DNA of 64,000 nt from Marispirochaeta sp. (GCA_963676835.2 CAXXFF010000003.1:160001-224000); one strand, 5' to 3'; counted from the stretch's first letter, positions 36,649 to 47,913 are shown. Numbers and translations are program-made. Notes: a model not told the origin generated them from the sequence alone.

Positions 36649-37974
36649 ATGTATATTCTTTCCATGGACTTCGGGACCTCTTCGATAAAGTCGTCCCTTA
36701 TAGATGAAAATCTGAATACAGTAGAATCAATCAAGGAAGAGTATTTCTTTAAAATGCCCCAGCCGGGCTTTGTAGAGCTTGAGCCCGACGATGTTTACAG
36801 CGCCATGCTTAAATGTATTGCGGGATTCAAGAAATACCACAATGAGATTGAAGCGATTGCGTACGATACCTTCAGCCCTTCTGTGGCATTTATGGATAAA
36901 GACGGCAACGCCCTCTATCCCTTTATTACCCACCTCGACCGGCGCAGCGGTGCCCAGTCTGAAAGAATTCAGAAAGAGATGGGCAGTAACGAGTTTCAGG
37001 CCATAACCGGAACCTTCCCTTTCACCGGCGGGGCATCGGTAACGACCATGCTCTGGGTAAAAGAGAATATGCCGGAGATTTACAATAGTGCCTATAAAAT
37101 CGGCCATCTGGTTACATACCTGTACTTCAAGTTCACCGGTAAATGGGCAACCGACCCCACCAATGCAGCCCAGATGGGTATGTATGAAACCACCAGGTGG
37201 ACAAGCTGGTCAAAAGAAATACTCGGAACCTTCGGCATGGACGAGGGCAAAATGCCCGAGATTCATGATGCAGGAACCGTACTTGCCGGCCTGAGTGCCG
37301 AGTTCTCAAAAGCCACAGGCCTGAAAGAAGGTATCCCCGTACTGCTCGGTACTAATGATGCTACGGTTGCCCACGTTGGTGCAGGCAACACAAAGGCGGG
37401 AGATATTCTGGATATTTCCGGAAGCAGTGAAATTATCACCATTCTTTCCGATAAACCCAAGGTTAACAGTAAATACTACCTGCGGAACGCCTACTTCAAA
37501 GGACAGTACCAGATGTTTGCCATTACCACCGGCGGGTTTGCCATAGACTGGTTCAGGAATGAGTTCTGCAAGGAAATGTCCGCAGATGAGTTTTTCACTA
37601 AATACCTTCCGGATGTAATGAAACGAACTGCAGCGGAAAATGCTGTCAGCTTTCTTCCCTACCTTACCGGAGACCGCCAGAGCCTTGAAGTAAAGAAAGG
37701 TGCATTTACCGGCTTAAGCCTGGGATCAACCAGAGACGATATGCTTTTAAGTCTGCTTGCAGGAATCCACGAGCCGGTTATTGAAACGGTTAATCTCTGC
37801 AGTGAGTTCCAGGACCTGAACAAAACCATCAAGCTTACCGGCGGCCTTATAAGCGACAACTTCGTCAATTTTAAGAAGCAGCTTCTGAAAGGATACGATT
37901 TTGAAATTGTAGACGATTGTCCGATTATCGGTAATGCCATTGTTGCCCTGGATTATCTGAAGAAAGGGAAATAA
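36649..37974 (+). CDS. FGGY-family carbohydrate kinase
   Basis: DFGTSSIK, GTND, FLPYLTGDR. Confidence 0.88.
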   Translation: MYILSMDFGTSSIKSSLIDENLNTVESIKEEYFFKMPQPGFVELEPDDVYSAMLKCIAGFKKYHNEIEAIAYDTFSPSVAFMDKDGNALYPFITHLDRRSGAQSERIQKEMGSNEFQAITGTFPFTGGASVTTMLWVKENMPEIYNSAYKIGHLVTYLYFKFTGKWATDPTNAAQMGMYETTRWTSWSKEILGTFGMDEGKMPEIHDAGTVLAGLSAEFSKATGLKEGIPVLLGTNDATVAHVGAGNTKAGDILDISGSSEIITILSDKPKVNSKYYLRNAYFKGQYQMFAITTGGFAIDWFRNEFCKEMSADEFFTKYLPDVMKRTAAENAVSFLPYLTGDRQSLEVKKGAFTGLSLGSTRDDMLLSLLAGIHEPVIETVNLCSEFQDLNKTIKLTGGLISDNFVNFKKQLLKGYDFEIVDDCPIIGNAIVALDYLKKGK

Positions 37975-38002
37975 TTAATCCCGCTCTCTGTTAACATTTA
38001 CA

Positions 38003-38043
38003 GACAGGACACCATTCTGGTTATATTCCGGAGGGTGTCCTGT
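38003..38043. terminator. Hairpin between convergent genes
   Basis: ACAGGACACC...GGTGTCCTGT followed by Ts. Confidence 0.6.
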
Positions 38044-38087
38044 TTTAATTTACTATCTTTTATGCTGATAACCCGGACTTGTCGAAA

Positions 38088-39263
38088 CTACACAATCGGT
38101 CCATTCTGGTAAATTGCTGTTGACCCGATATACCCGATAATCTCAGCTTTTGTCTTTTCCCCGGAAGCAACATTTACAGCTTGTTCCACAATCCTGGCAC
38201 CTGCAGATTCAAGAGACTCTCCCTCAAGCATAACCTGAGAAACATCTATATCGATAAAATCAGTAAGCCTGTCCACGGTATACTTGTTTCCGGAAACTTT
38301 GAGTACCGGCACGAAGGGAAACCCCTGGGGCGCGCCGATGCCGGTGGAAAAAAGAATAAGCTGACAGCCTGCCGCGGCAAGGGCAGCCAGCAATTCCGGC
38401 TCTCTCCCCGGGGAATCGACAAAGTACAGCCCCTTTTCCGGTCCTGTAACCGTGCCGTATTCAATACAATCCACAATTTTGCTGGTTCCAGCTTTGACCA
38501 CCGCACCGATTGATTTTTCCTCTATGGTTGTAAGCCCAGCCTCTATGTTTCCTTTGCTTGGATTTCCCCCGCGCATATCACCCCCTGCACGGCGAACACT
38601 CTCTTCTTTTCTTTTTATCATTTCAAACAATTTCTCAGATACTTCAGCGCTTGCACAGCGGTCTTCAAGCAGGTGCTCTGCCCCTATCAGTTCTGTTGTT
38701 TCACCAAAAACTACAGAACCACCGGCGGTTATGAGTAAATCTGCTGCTTTTCCTGTAGCAGGATTTGAGGCAAGTCCTGAAGTGGGATCAGATGCACCGC
38801 ATTTTATGCCAATCTTCAACTGGCTTATATCAGCAGGCTGAGCTGTTATTCTTGAAACCTCCGCCGTCAGTTTCTGAGCTTTTAAGCCTCCCTCGGCTAC
38901 TGCGGCAAAATACCCGCCGGCTTTCTGAATGCTTATTTGTTCCACCGGTTTCCCTGACGCTGCAATCTCTTCCGCCACCCTGGAGGAATCGATGCTTTCG
39001 CACCCAAGGCCGACTATCAGCACCGCTCCCAGGTTTGGATTTTTTCCAAGATTAACCAGAGTACGATAAACCATGTCTGTATCCTCAGACAGAAGCCCGC
39101 ATCCCTGCTGGTGGGTAAATACAGCAGCCCCGGGGAGATGCGCAGCGATATCTGCTGCTGCCTGATTGGCACAGGTTACTGTTGAAATGATACCAACGAG
39201 ATTCCTGATACCCACGGAGCCATCCGGTCTATGATAACCAGTAAAACAGCTTCCTTTTTTCAT
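38088..39263 (-). CDS. UxaA/GarD-family dehydratase, large subunit
   Basis: GIRN, HQQGC, LGCE, KCGASD, GNIEAGLTTIEEKS. Confidence 0.88.
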   Translation of the reverse strand: MKKGSCFTGYHRPDGSVGIRNLVGIISTVTCANQAAADIAAHLPGAAVFTHQQGCGLLSEDTDMVYRTLVNLGKNPNLGAVLIVGLGCESIDSSRVAEEIAASGKPVEQISIQKAGGYFAAVAEGGLKAQKLTAEVSRITAQPADISQLKIGIKCGASDPTSGLASNPATGKAADLLITAGGSVVFGETTELIGAEHLLEDRCASAEVSEKLFEMIKRKEESVRRAGGDMRGGNPSKGNIEAGLTTIEEKSIGAVVKAGTSKIVDCIEYGTVTGPEKGLYFVDSPGREPELLAALAAAGCQLILFSTGIGAPQGFPFVPVLKVSGNKYTVDRLTDFIDIDVSQVMLEGESLESAGARIVEQAVNVASGEKTKAEIIGYIGSTAIYQNGPIV

Positions 39264-39273
39264 ACCATCACCA

Positions 39274-39558
39274 CTATGCCCTGAGGCCTTTTACATTATG
39301 TACATGCACATGCATTCCCGGTTTGATATCAGATATGGCAATTCCTATGACTGCCCCATATTTTAACACTTGTTGCCCCTGCGGAATGCTTACTCGGGCC
39401 AGTTTATGGGCATATGCGATCTTATCAATTACCCTCAGAGGAGCTGTCATTCCGGAAACATCGAGGATGTCTCCGGGTAAAAGTTCCTGCAGGGACGTCA
39501 GGGTGTTGTCATTCTCATTAAGAAGCAGCCATTTCTTCACATCTGTTTTTTCAGTCAT
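39274..39558 (-). CDS. UxaA-family SAF-domain small subunit
   Basis: HKLA..I..GQQVLKYGAVIG..HVHVHNV. Confidence 0.85.
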   Translation of the reverse strand: MTEKTDVKKWLLLNENDNTLTSLQELLPGDILDVSGMTAPLRVIDKIAYAHKLARVSIPQGQQVLKYGAVIGIAISDIKPGMHVHVHNVKGLRA

Positions 39559-39635
39559 AGTATTCCCAGTATAATATGACTCCTGCAAATTTTGTGAAAA
39601 ACCATTATGAACGAAATTTTTCAATCCCTCAGAGC

Positions 39636-40136
39636 TTAGCCCTGTATTCCCCAGAAGCGCAGTAATTCATTAGTCAGCAGTTCTCTGCTCTGAGGTGCTA
39701 CCGACCGGCTAAACAGGGAGATCTCTTCTCCGGTTATATGAAGGTTCCGGTCCAGGTCCGCCTTAAGAAAGCCTTTTTCCCTGACTCGGTCTACCCTGCC
39801 TGTGGTTGCACGGTATATCAGCACAGAGATTGACCTGCACAAACTGTTCGCGTCGGCTGCTGCTATACCAAGCTCTCTGGAGATGTAGCCGGTTTCGATC
39901 TTCTCAATTTCATAGCCGCGGTACTGAAAAACCTGTTCAGAGAATAGTTCTTTTTCTACTCTTTCAGATGAAATAACTCTTGAAGAAAACCATGCTTTAT
40001 CAATCAGGCTGGGTAACACTAAGCCGGCAAGCATAAGAGCTATAACAAGAATAAACTGTTTCCTTCCTGTGGGAACCTTCCGATTTGAAGGTCTCTGTAT
40101 CCCGATAATGCTGTAATTTGTTGCTATACTGTTCAT
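39636..40136 (-). CDS. Hypothetical membrane-anchored protein
   Basis: Open frame with one TM helix; start uncertain. Confidence 0.5.
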   Translation of the reverse strand: MNSIATNYSIIGIQRPSNRKVPTGRKQFILVIALMLAGLVLPSLIDKAWFSSRVISSERVEKELFSEQVFQYRGYEIEKIETGYISRELGIAAADANSLCRSISVLIYRATTGRVDRVREKGFLKADLDRNLHITGEEISLFSRSVAPQSRELLTNELLRFWGIQG

Positions 40137-40443
40137 ACTTATGTAATGCACAAAGTATGCCAACACAAAAAACGCTGAATTTGGCAGAAAAATCGTATTT
40201 ATTTTAAGAAATGAAACTGTTTAGACATTAACTTGGAAAACTTTTCTTATATCATACATAAATAAACTTATGCATTCTCCATCTTTTCCGGCTTACATAG
40301 TTTCTTTTTATCCTTCGCAGTACGTTTGCATTTGCTGCAGATAAACCTGTCATTGGAGTGCTCTTTTTCCTCATACTCTTTTCTGGAGAGTTTACACCTT
40401 TTTCTTGCCATTCCGGATGTGCCTCCTTAAGAAGAATATACGC

Positions 40444-41880
40444 TTATTCAGTACTGAGAGTAAAACCACCGTCTGCATGCGGCACCAGCTGAACCTGATG
40501 GGTAATTGCCGGTATATGATGCTCGGCAACATGACTTACATACAACAGGGTGGAAAGCTGTTTTTCAGCTATTACCTGGGCGGCCTCAAGCACCGCCGCA
40601 GTATTCTGATCATCCAGACCATGGCATGGTTCATCAAGAAGGAGCAATGTCGGACGCTTTATCAGGGAGCGAATGATAAGCACAATTCTCTGGGTACCAA
40701 ATGAGAGCTGACGCATACTTTTCTTCACAACATTCTGAACTCCGAAAAGATCCGCCCATTCCATTGCCTCATCAATATGCTTCGTATGTGGTTCATCATA
40801 AAGACCGATGGTATCAAAAAAACCGGAGAGTATTACATCCAGAACCGGAGTTCCCATAAGCTGACGCATATGCAATGCAGGAGAAACATGACCGATCCGC
40901 TTTTTAATTTCCCAGACAGCCTCGCCGGTCCCTTTCTTCTTGCCGAACAGATAAAGATCCTGGCCGAATGCCTTTGGATTATCCCCGTTGATAAGTTCCA
41001 TAAGAGTCGTTTTTCCCGCCCCATTAGGGCCGGAAATCTTCCAGGCTTCTCCTTCTCTGACTGTCCAGCTTATATCCTTAAGAACCTGATTGCCGCCGTA
41101 GGCGATGGAAACATTTTTCATTTCAATGAGTGACTTGGAATCATTTCCCAGGGGGGGGTGCCTCTCTTCGCTGTTCAGCCGTTCCCAGACCTCAACAGCA
41201 GCATGATTGATACCGGTAAACTCATGGCTTCCCGCCGGGTCCTTAAGCAGTATCAGATTTGTTGTAATCTCCGGAACATCGCTGCGCCGCCCGGTAATCA
41301 GAATAAGCGCACAGTGCTGAATCAGTTCCTCTAACAGCTCATGCAGTTCTTTCTGAGCCTGGATATCAAGTCCATCGAAGGGATCATCCAGAATGAGTAG
41401 ACGAGGATTATAGCTTAACTGTTTGAGGATCATCACCTTTCTCAGTTCACCGGAGCTCAGGGCCCGGAGGCCGCGATCAATCAACCTCTCAAGATTAAAA
41501 CGATGAAGGAAATTATCTTCATCCGCCTTGTGATGCTCGTAATCGAGGTAGACTGCCACACTGCGCCCCAGGTCCGGTGCACCGCCGTTAAGGTCGCTTT
41601 CGTCATTGCGTTTTTCATCCTCAATAAGCCGGACACCGGCGTCGAAGCTCACCAGGCCTATCTTGGTTTCAGGGAGAGCATACTCTTTTCTCTCTCCGTA
41701 TCGGGGTTCAATTTCTCCGGCGATTACACGGCTGTAAAATGTTTTCCCCGAACCGTTGGGTCCGCAGATAACGGTACAGGTATTATCACAAATATCAATA
41801 TCCGGCAGTGGGAACCAGTCTCCCGCAGGTGTTTTGAGTTTGAGATTGCTGATGCTGATAAGCTTGTCGGTACTGTTCAT
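40444..41880 (-). CDS. modF: ModF-like double ABC ATPase
   Basis: Two Walker A motifs (GPNGSGKT, GPNGAGKT), LSSGE, GEAVWEIKKRIG. Confidence 0.8.
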   Translation of the reverse strand: MNSTDKLISISNLKLKTPAGDWFPLPDIDICDNTCTVICGPNGSGKTFYSRVIAGEIEPRYGERKEYALPETKIGLVSFDAGVRLIEDEKRNDESDLNGGAPDLGRSVAVYLDYEHHKADEDNFLHRFNLERLIDRGLRALSSGELRKVMILKQLSYNPRLLILDDPFDGLDIQAQKELHELLEELIQHCALILITGRRSDVPEITTNLILLKDPAGSHEFTGINHAAVEVWERLNSEERHPPLGNDSKSLIEMKNVSIAYGGNQVLKDISWTVREGEAWKISGPNGAGKTTLMELINGDNPKAFGQDLYLFGKKKGTGEAVWEIKKRIGHVSPALHMRQLMGTPVLDVILSGFFDTIGLYDEPHTKHIDEAMEWADLFGVQNVVKKSMRQLSFGTQRIVLIIRSLIKRPTLLLLDEPCHGLDDQNTAAVLEAAQVIAEKQLSTLLYVSHVAEHHIPAITHQVQLVPHADGGFTLSTE

Positions 41881-41902
41881 GAGCTTATAGTAGCCTGAGA
41901 TT

Positions 41903-42325
41903 TCAAGAAATAAAAGGATTCTGCACTAATACTGTTTCGATTATTTGTCCATGCTGTAAATCTTCGGTCAGCAGAATATCTGCATTGCTCATTAAGGCAG
42001 ATGCTGCTATTTGAGAATCCCACCAGCTGAAACCATAGCTGTTTTGTATTTCCCTTGCTCTTATCAGTAAAGCAGTATCTATCTGCATGGGCTTCCAGGT
42101 AAAAAGTGACTTTACATCTTCCCAGGCTGCTTCAGGAGACATGCCCGGTACAAGCTTTCGTGTAACTGTAACATAGTACTCATTACAAACCTGGGTACTC
42201 AAACAGCCTGTCCTTTTTTCCCATAACCTTTTAAGCCACTCTATAGAAATCTTCTGCTTATCCGGTTCTGAACTGTCTCTGGCATATACAAGAATGTTTG
42301 TATCTACGAATACTTTATCTTCCAT
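41903..42325 (-). CDS. vapC: PIN-domain (VapC-type) toxin
   Basis: FVDTNILVY, SWWDSQI, LTEDLQHG. Confidence 0.88.
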   Translation of the reverse strand: MEDKVFVDTNILVYARDSSEPDKQKISIEWLKRLWEKRTGCLSTQVCNEYYVTVTRKLVPGMSPEAAWEDVKSLFTWKPMQIDTALLIRAREIQNSYGFSWWDSQIAASALMSNADILLTEDLQHGQIIETVLVQNPFIS

Positions 42326-42545
42326 AAAGATCTTCTCTCGAAGGCAGTGGATCTTTATTATTCCTCAAAGGTACCGGTTCTTTTGCGAGAAAAGAGGTCA
42401 TAGCTTTCTTGTATATAACTTCCTCGTTCATCTTTTCTTCAAGAAAACCGGAAAGCATTTTCGAAACGCTTGTATCATGTTCGGCCGCCCAGACTCGTGC
42501 CCATCGGGCTATGTCATCGGGAATGGAAAGGGTGATATTTTTCAC
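42315..42545 (-). CDS. Antitoxin (RHH-type)
   Basis: KNITLSIPDD...TSVSKML; overlaps the PIN gene start; GTG start. Confidence 0.8.
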   Translation of the reverse strand: MKNITLSIPDDIARWARVWAAEHDTSVSKMLSGFLEEKMNEEVIYKKAMTSFLAKEPVPLRNNKDPLPSREDLYGR

Positions 42546-42609
42546 AAAGAATACTCCACGTATTAAGTGTAACACTTTTTACGTGGAGCATCAAACATGA
42601 TTATAATCT

Positions 42610-43371
42610 TTACCGCCCCATATACCCGCCATCAACTATAAGAGTAAACCCATTAACATATGATGAAGCATCGGAAGCCAGATAGAGGGCTGCACCGGCC
42701 ATATCTTCCGGTTCTCCCCAGCGGTTCATGGGGATTCTCATCATGGTTTCCGCCACCCTTTCTGATTCAGTACGCATGGGACCGGTAAGGTCTGTGACAG
42801 TATATCCTGGAGCAATACCGTTTACCCTTATATTGTACTTAGACCATTCATTGGACATCTGCATGGTGATATTCTTTAAGGCAGCCTTGGAAGCAGTATA
42901 GGAAATGACCTTTATCCCGCCCTGGTACGACGTCAAAGATGCAATATTGACTATATTGCCCCCTGTTTCCTGTTTGATAAACTGCCGGGCAACCTTCTGG
43001 CAGAGAAAAAATACAGACTTGAGATTTACCTCCAATACCCGGTCCCACTGCTCTTCGGTAAAATCGATCGCCATGTTCCGGGCGGTGGTACCTGCATTAT
43101 TCACCAGAATATCAATATGGCCGAATTGCTGTACCGCAGCATCCACTATCTCATCGGAAGCATTAGAACCTGAAATATCCATTTTCAATTCAAGATAGGT
43201 TCTTCCGATGGACTCTATATACTGCTTTACCTCAGAGTGATCCGACCGGCCTACTCCGACAATATCAGCGCCGGCCTCGGCCAGGGCTTTTGCGATAGCG
43301 GCTCCGATGCCCCGGGTTGCGCCGGTTATAATGGCAACCTTTCCATCAAGTTTAAATTTATCGAGAATCAT
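42610..43371 (-). CDS. kduD: 2-deoxy-D-gluconate 3-dehydrogenase-like SDR
   Basis: TGATRGIG, NNAG, YTASK, VDGG; ILDKFKLDGKVA N-terminus. Confidence 0.8.
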   Translation of the reverse strand: MILDKFKLDGKVAIITGATRGIGAAIAKALAEAGADIVGVGRSDHSEVKQYIESIGRTYLELKMDISGSNASDEIVDAAVQQFGHIDILVNNAGTTARNMAIDFTEEQWDRVLEVNLKSVFFLCQKVARQFIKQETGGNIVNIASLTSYQGGIKVISYTASKAALKNITMQMSNEWSKYNIRVNGIAPGYTVTDLTGPMRTESERVAETMMRIPMNRWGEPEDMAGAALYLASDASSYVNGFTLIVDGGYMGR

Positions 43372-43394
43372 AGTTCCTTCCTTTTCTTACTCTT

Positions 43395-44672
43395 TTATTG
43401 ATTCAGGATTCCAGGCAGCCATAACGAAAGAGCCGGGATATAGGTAATAAGCATAAGCACTATGAACATACCGATAAAAAATGGGACAAAACCTTTGAAG
43501 GCTTCCTTCATGTTAATACCGGCGATGGAACAGCTGACAAAAAGACAGGATCCCACCGGAGGCGTAAAAAGACCGATACCGAGGTTTGCAACTACAATTA
43601 CTCCAAAATGAACCGGATCAATTCCAAGCTCCATGGCGATTGGAGCAAGCACGGGAACAAAAATAATCATCGCAGGGGTCAGGTCCAGAACAGCTCCGGC
43701 AATGAGCAGCACAATGTTGAAAATTAGCAGGAGAATAATTTTACTGCTGGTAATGCTTAACAGAAATTCCGCAATAAGCACCGGGAGCCGCTGACTGGTT
43801 ATAATCCAGCTGAAGGCACTGGCGGCACCTACCATAAGCATAACCATACCGGTTATTTTTATTGTATCTACCAGCATGTCCGGAAGGTCGCTCACCTTAA
43901 TACCGCGGTAGACAAAAAAACCTATAATAAAGGAATAGACCACCGCGAGAACGGCAGCTTCTGTTGGTGTAACAATACCGGAAATTATTCCTCCAAGAAC
44001 AATCACAATAGAGAGCAGAGGCAGGATACTGTCTGCTGCGGTTAAGAGTACCTCTTTCAAAGTAAATGATTCATCCCTTGGGTAATCCCGCTTTTGAGAA
44101 ATCACACCGGAAATGAACATCAAGGTAAAACCAACGAGCAGCCCTGGAATCGCTCCTGCAATAAACAGGGTACCTACGGACTGGTTCATTAGAATCGCAT
44201 AAATTACCATGGGAATACTGGGGGGAATCAGAATGCCGATTACAGAAGAGGTAGCTGTAACTGCAACAGAAAAATCCTTGTCGTATCCCTTTTCCGTCAT
44301 GGAAGGAATCAGTATGGAACCGATGGAAGAGGAGTCTGCAGTCGCGGATCCTGTAATTCCGGCAAAGAGCATACTTACCACAATATTGATATAAGCCAGA
44401 CCGCCCTTAAAGCGCCCAACCAGAATAGCCGACGCCCTGATCAGTCTGTGAGAAATACCTCCGGTGGCCATAATCTTTCCAGCGAGAATAAAAAAAGGAA
44501 TGGCCAGAAGAGTAAATGAATCCAATCCGGAGTAAAGCCGCTGCGGTATCATTATAAGCGGGACCATATCTGAAAGAGAAACCCAGATCATGGATGAAAT
44601 ACCCAGAACAAAGGCTATCGGAACGGATAGCCCCACAAGTGCAATAAACAAAGCAAAAAGAAGCAGCATCAT
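43395..44672 (-). CDS. dctM: TRAP transporter large permease
   Basis: LLAIPFF, GSATAD, IPPSIPM, TPPVG. Confidence 0.92.
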   Translation of the reverse strand: MMLLLFALFIALVGLSVPIAFVLGISSMIWVSLSDMVPLIMIPQRLYSGLDSFTLLAIPFFILAGKIMATGGISHRLIRASAILVGRFKGGLAYINIVVSMLFAGITGSATADSSSIGSILIPSMTEKGYDKDFSVAVTATSSVIGILIPPSIPMVIYAILMNQSVGTLFIAGAIPGLLVGFTLMFISGVISQKRDYPRDESFTLKEVLLTAADSILPLLSIVIVLGGIISGIVTPTEAAVLAVVYSFIIGFFVYRGIKVSDLPDMLVDTIKITGMVMLMVGAASAFSWIITSQRLPVLIAEFLLSITSSKIILLLIFNIVLLIAGAVLDLTPAMIIFVPVLAPIAMELGIDPVHFGVIVVANLGIGLFTPPVGSCLFVSCSIAGINMKEAFKGFVPFFIGMFIVLMLITYIPALSLWLPGILNQ

Positions 44673-45160
44673 GACTGGGCTCCTTCGTTATTTTCATGGA
44701 TTAAATCAAGAATCAGACATACCGAGTAAAAGGCCATAACCAGGCAGGAGAAAGGCAGTACAATATAGACGATTCCCATGGGAATCCGGGCAACTGGAGT
44801 AACCTGCTGCATTGTGATGGTAATAAGGTATATTCCCTTCCATGCGGTAATAATACTGAAAGCAGAGATCAGCAATTGAATAAAAATCTTCAATCGCCTG
44901 GCGGCTTGGGCCGAAAGTTTTTCCATAATGACATCTAGACGAATATGTTCATCGTCCTTCATAACCATTGCAGCCCCCAGAAAAGAGATCCAGATAAAAA
45001 GTATTCGGGCAAGCTCTTCCGAAAAGGCAATGGGAAACTTCATCAGATACCGCGAAAGTACCTGGGCTATGGTCAGAACAATAACCCCCACAAAAAGGGT
45101 CATGGCAAGGATCCGGACTAGTTTATCCAGAAGTTGTTTGTATTTATTCAGTGTATCCAT
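44669..45160 (-). CDS. dctQ: TRAP transporter small permease
   Basis: QVLSRY, SEELAR, HIRLD; four TM helices. Confidence 0.9.
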   Translation of the reverse strand: MDTLNKYKQLLDKLVRILAMTLFVGVIVLTIAQVLSRYLMKFPIAFSEELARILFIWISFLGAAMVMKDDEHIRLDVIMEKLSAQAARRLKIFIQLLISAFSIITAWKGIYLITITMQQVTPVARIPMGIVYIVLPFSCLVMAFYSVCLILDLIHENNEGAQS

Positions 45161-45226
45161 ACTTTCCTCTAAAAATAATGCCCGGCTTGTGCCGGGCATA
45201 TTTTTACCCGTAAAAGGGTTCAGCTC

Positions 45227-46216
45227 TTAATTATTCAGAGCAGCGTCAATTACTTCCTGTCCCATCATGTCAGCATTATCATTGATAATGTTCATGACAG
45301 CCTTCTGGAAAGGAGCAAGGTCCAGCTCATTAATAACCATGCCTTCTGCTCGAAGATCATCAAGAACACCGTCTTCCAGCTGCTTCCATGCATTCCACTC
45401 GAAAGTCTGTGTCTCTGCAGCAGCCTCTTTAATGATTTTCTGCTGATCCGCGGATAAACCATCATAAACTCTCTTACTCATCACAACTACGTTAAGATCA
45501 TAGAAGTGGTTGGTAAGGGAGAAGTACTTTGAAACTTCGTAGAATTTCTGAGTATAAAGAGAAACCGGAGGCTGCTCTGCACCATCAACTACACCCTGCT
45601 TGAGTGCAGTGTACAGTTCACTGTAAGCAAGAGGTGTGGCCAATGCACCCAGAGCATTGATTGAATCAATCATGATGGGGTCATTCATTACCCTGATTTT
45701 CATACCCTTTATGTCTGCAAGAGAATTGATGGGTCGGTCGCCGTTGAAAATGCTTCTGAAACCGGAATCATAGTAAGCAAGTATTTCGAAACCGGCCTTG
45801 TTCAGACTTTCAGCAAAAATATCACCAACCTTTCCTTCAAGAGCTTTTTTAACCTCATCTTTTGAAACAAAAACATAGGGAAGACTGAAGATACTGAACT
45901 CCGGACAGAAAGAACTCAGAGCAGCAGCGGCAACTTTAGTAATTTCAATGGTACCACTCTGCATGCCTTCAAGTGATTCCCGGGCATTTCCAAGCTGGCT
46001 GTTGGGAAAAACCTGAACTTCCATACTTCCACCGGATTTTTCGTTTACCAGTTCTGCAAAATGAAAATCGGCTTTTACGTGGGGGTTTTCTTCATTTACC
46101 TGATCGGAAAACTTTAGAACCACCGGCTTGCCTTCTTTTCCACCCTGAGCAAACGCAGACGCTGCAAGAAGCAGAATCAGGGAAACAACTGTTAGCCTTA
46201 CAAAAAATTTTTTCAT
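45227..46216 (-). CDS. dctP: TRAP substrate-binding protein
   Basis: FPNSQLG, GMKIRV, ELYTALKQGVVDGAE. Confidence 0.92.
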   Translation of the reverse strand: MKKFFVRLTVVSLILLLAASAFAQGGKEGKPVVLKFSDQVNEENPHVKADFHFAELVNEKSGGSMEVQVFPNSQLGNARESLEGMQSGTIEITKVAAAALSSFCPEFSIFSLPYVFVSKDEVKKALEGKVGDIFAESLNKAGFEILAYYDSGFRSIFNGDRPINSLADIKGMKIRVMNDPIMIDSINALGALATPLAYSELYTALKQGVVDGAEQPPVSLYTQKFYEVSKYFSLTNHFYDLNVVVMSKRVYDGLSADQQKIIKEAAAETQTFEWNAWKQLEDGVLDDLRAEGMVINELDLAPFQKAVMNIINDNADMMGQEVIDAALNN

Positions 46217-46419
46217 ACCTTCTCCTTTTTTTGGTAAATGAAAATTTACCTTTTGGTATAATGGTTTATTATTTTCCAGCTCGTGTCATATGTCAAGGAA
46301 AAGATTAATTGCGTATAACGCATCGTGTAGTTGTTTATTTTGCAATATTGTCAATATTGACAGCTGTTGATCCAGGGAGTATGCTCTAATTCTACAATCT
46401 TACATATAAAGGTAGACGA

Positions 46420-47886
46420 ATGAACTATTTTAATTCCCTTCCCCTGCGCCGTCAGCTGGCACAGTTGGGAACATGCGACTTCATGAACTCCGCGGAGTTT
46501 ACCGGAGTTGAAAAGCTTAAGGGCAAGAAAATCGTAATCGTAGGATGCGGTGCCCAGGGTCTTAACCAGGGACTGAATCTGCGGGATTCCGGTCTTGATG
46601 TAAGCTACGCCCTCCGGGCAGATGCTATCAAGCAGAAACGCCAGTCATACATCAATGCAACGGAGAACGGTTTTGCCGTTGGAACCCATGATGAGATCGT
46701 CCCCCAGGCAGATCTTGTTGCCAACCTTACTCCCGACAAGCAGCACTCAAATGTTGTGGACACCATCATGCCCCTGATGAAAAAGGGATCAACCCTGCTC
46801 TATTCCCACGGTTTCAATATCGTGGAGGAAGGAAAGCAGATTCGTGATGATATTACCGTTATCATGGTTGCCCCCAAATCTCCCGGCTCTGAGGTTCGCG
46901 AGGAGTACAAAAGAGGTTTCGGTGTTCCCACCCTGATCGCAGTACACCCCGAAAACGATCCCAACGGAGACGGTGAAGAGATTGCAAAGGCTTACGCAGC
47001 CGGTACCGGCGGACATCGTGCCGGTGTTCTCCGTTCTTCTTTCGTAGCAGAAGTAAAATCCGACCTTATGGGTGAGCAGACAATTCTCTGCGGTATGCTC
47101 CAGACCGGTTCCATTCTCATTTTCGACAAGATGGTTGAAAAAGGAATTGACCCGGCTTACGCCAGCAAGCTCATTCAGTTCGGCTGGGAAACCGTAACAG
47201 AGGCCATGAAGCACGGCGGTATTACCAACATGATGGACCGTCTTTCAAACCCCGCCAAGATCAGAGCCTTCGAACTCTCCGAAGAGATGAAAGTGATTAT
47301 GGCCGACCTGTATCAGAGACACATGGATGACATTATGTCCGGCGAGTTCTCCCGGGTTATGATGGTAGACTGGGCTGCGGATGACAAGAACCTCCTTAAC
47401 TGGAGAGAAGAAACCAACAATACCGGTTTTGAGAAAACCGCCGCAGGCAGCATGGAAATCAGCGAGCAGGAGTACTTCGACCACGGTGTACTTATGGTTG
47501 CTATGGTTAAAGCCGGCGTTGAGCTTGCTTTCGACACCATGACAGCTTCCGGCATCAAAGCTGAGTCTGCATACTACGAGTCCCTCCATGAGGTACCCCT
47601 TATTGCAAACCTTATTAGCCGCAAGAAACTGTATGAAATGAATAAGGTAATCTCCGATACTGCAGAGTACGGCTGTTACCTCTTTGCCAACGACTGTGTT
47701 CCCCTTCTTGGTGATTTCATGAAGAAGATCGACACCGATGTAGCCGGCAAAGACTTCCAGGATGGAGAAACCATGGTAGATAATGTTGAACTTATCAGGG
47801 TTAACAAAGCTATCCGTGAACATCCGGTAGAGGTTGTGGGAGCTAAACTCCGCGGTTTTATGACTGCAATGAAGCGGCTCAAATAG
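46420..47886 (+). CDS. ilvC: Ketol-acid reductoisomerase (long form)
   Basis: [26 protein letters not shown]. Confidence 0.95.
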   Translation: MNYFNSLPLRRQLAQLGTCDFMNSAEFTGVEKLKGKKIVIVGCGAQGLNQGLNLRDSGLDVSYALRADAIKQKRQSYINATENGFAVGTHDEIVPQADLVANLTPDKQHSNVVDTIMPLMKKGSTLLYSHGFNIVEEGKQIRDDITVIMVAPKSPGSEVREEYKRGFGVPTLIAVHPENDPNGDGEEIAKAYAAGTGGHRAGVLRSSFVAEVKSDLMGEQTILCGMLQTGSILIFDKMVEKGIDPAYASKLIQFGWETVTEAMKHGGITNMMDRLSNPAKIRAFELSEEMKVIMADLYQRHMDDIMSGEFSRVMMVDWAADDKNLLNWREETNNTGFEKTAAGSMEISEQEYFDHGVLMVAMVKAGVELAFDTMTASGIKAESAYYESLHEVPLIANLISRKKLYEMNKVISDTAEYGCYLFANDCVPLLGDFMKKIDTDVAGKDFQDGETMVDNVELIRVNKAIREHPVEVVGAKLRGFMTAMKRLK

Positions 47887-47913
47887 AGCAGTTTCATTAC
47901 AGCTTTATACGTA

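Noticed and set aside
46789..47823. Long antisense ORFs in ilvC (and similar ones in metG, hflC, paaK)
   Set aside because: Shadow frames of well-conserved genes, with no recognisable motifs.
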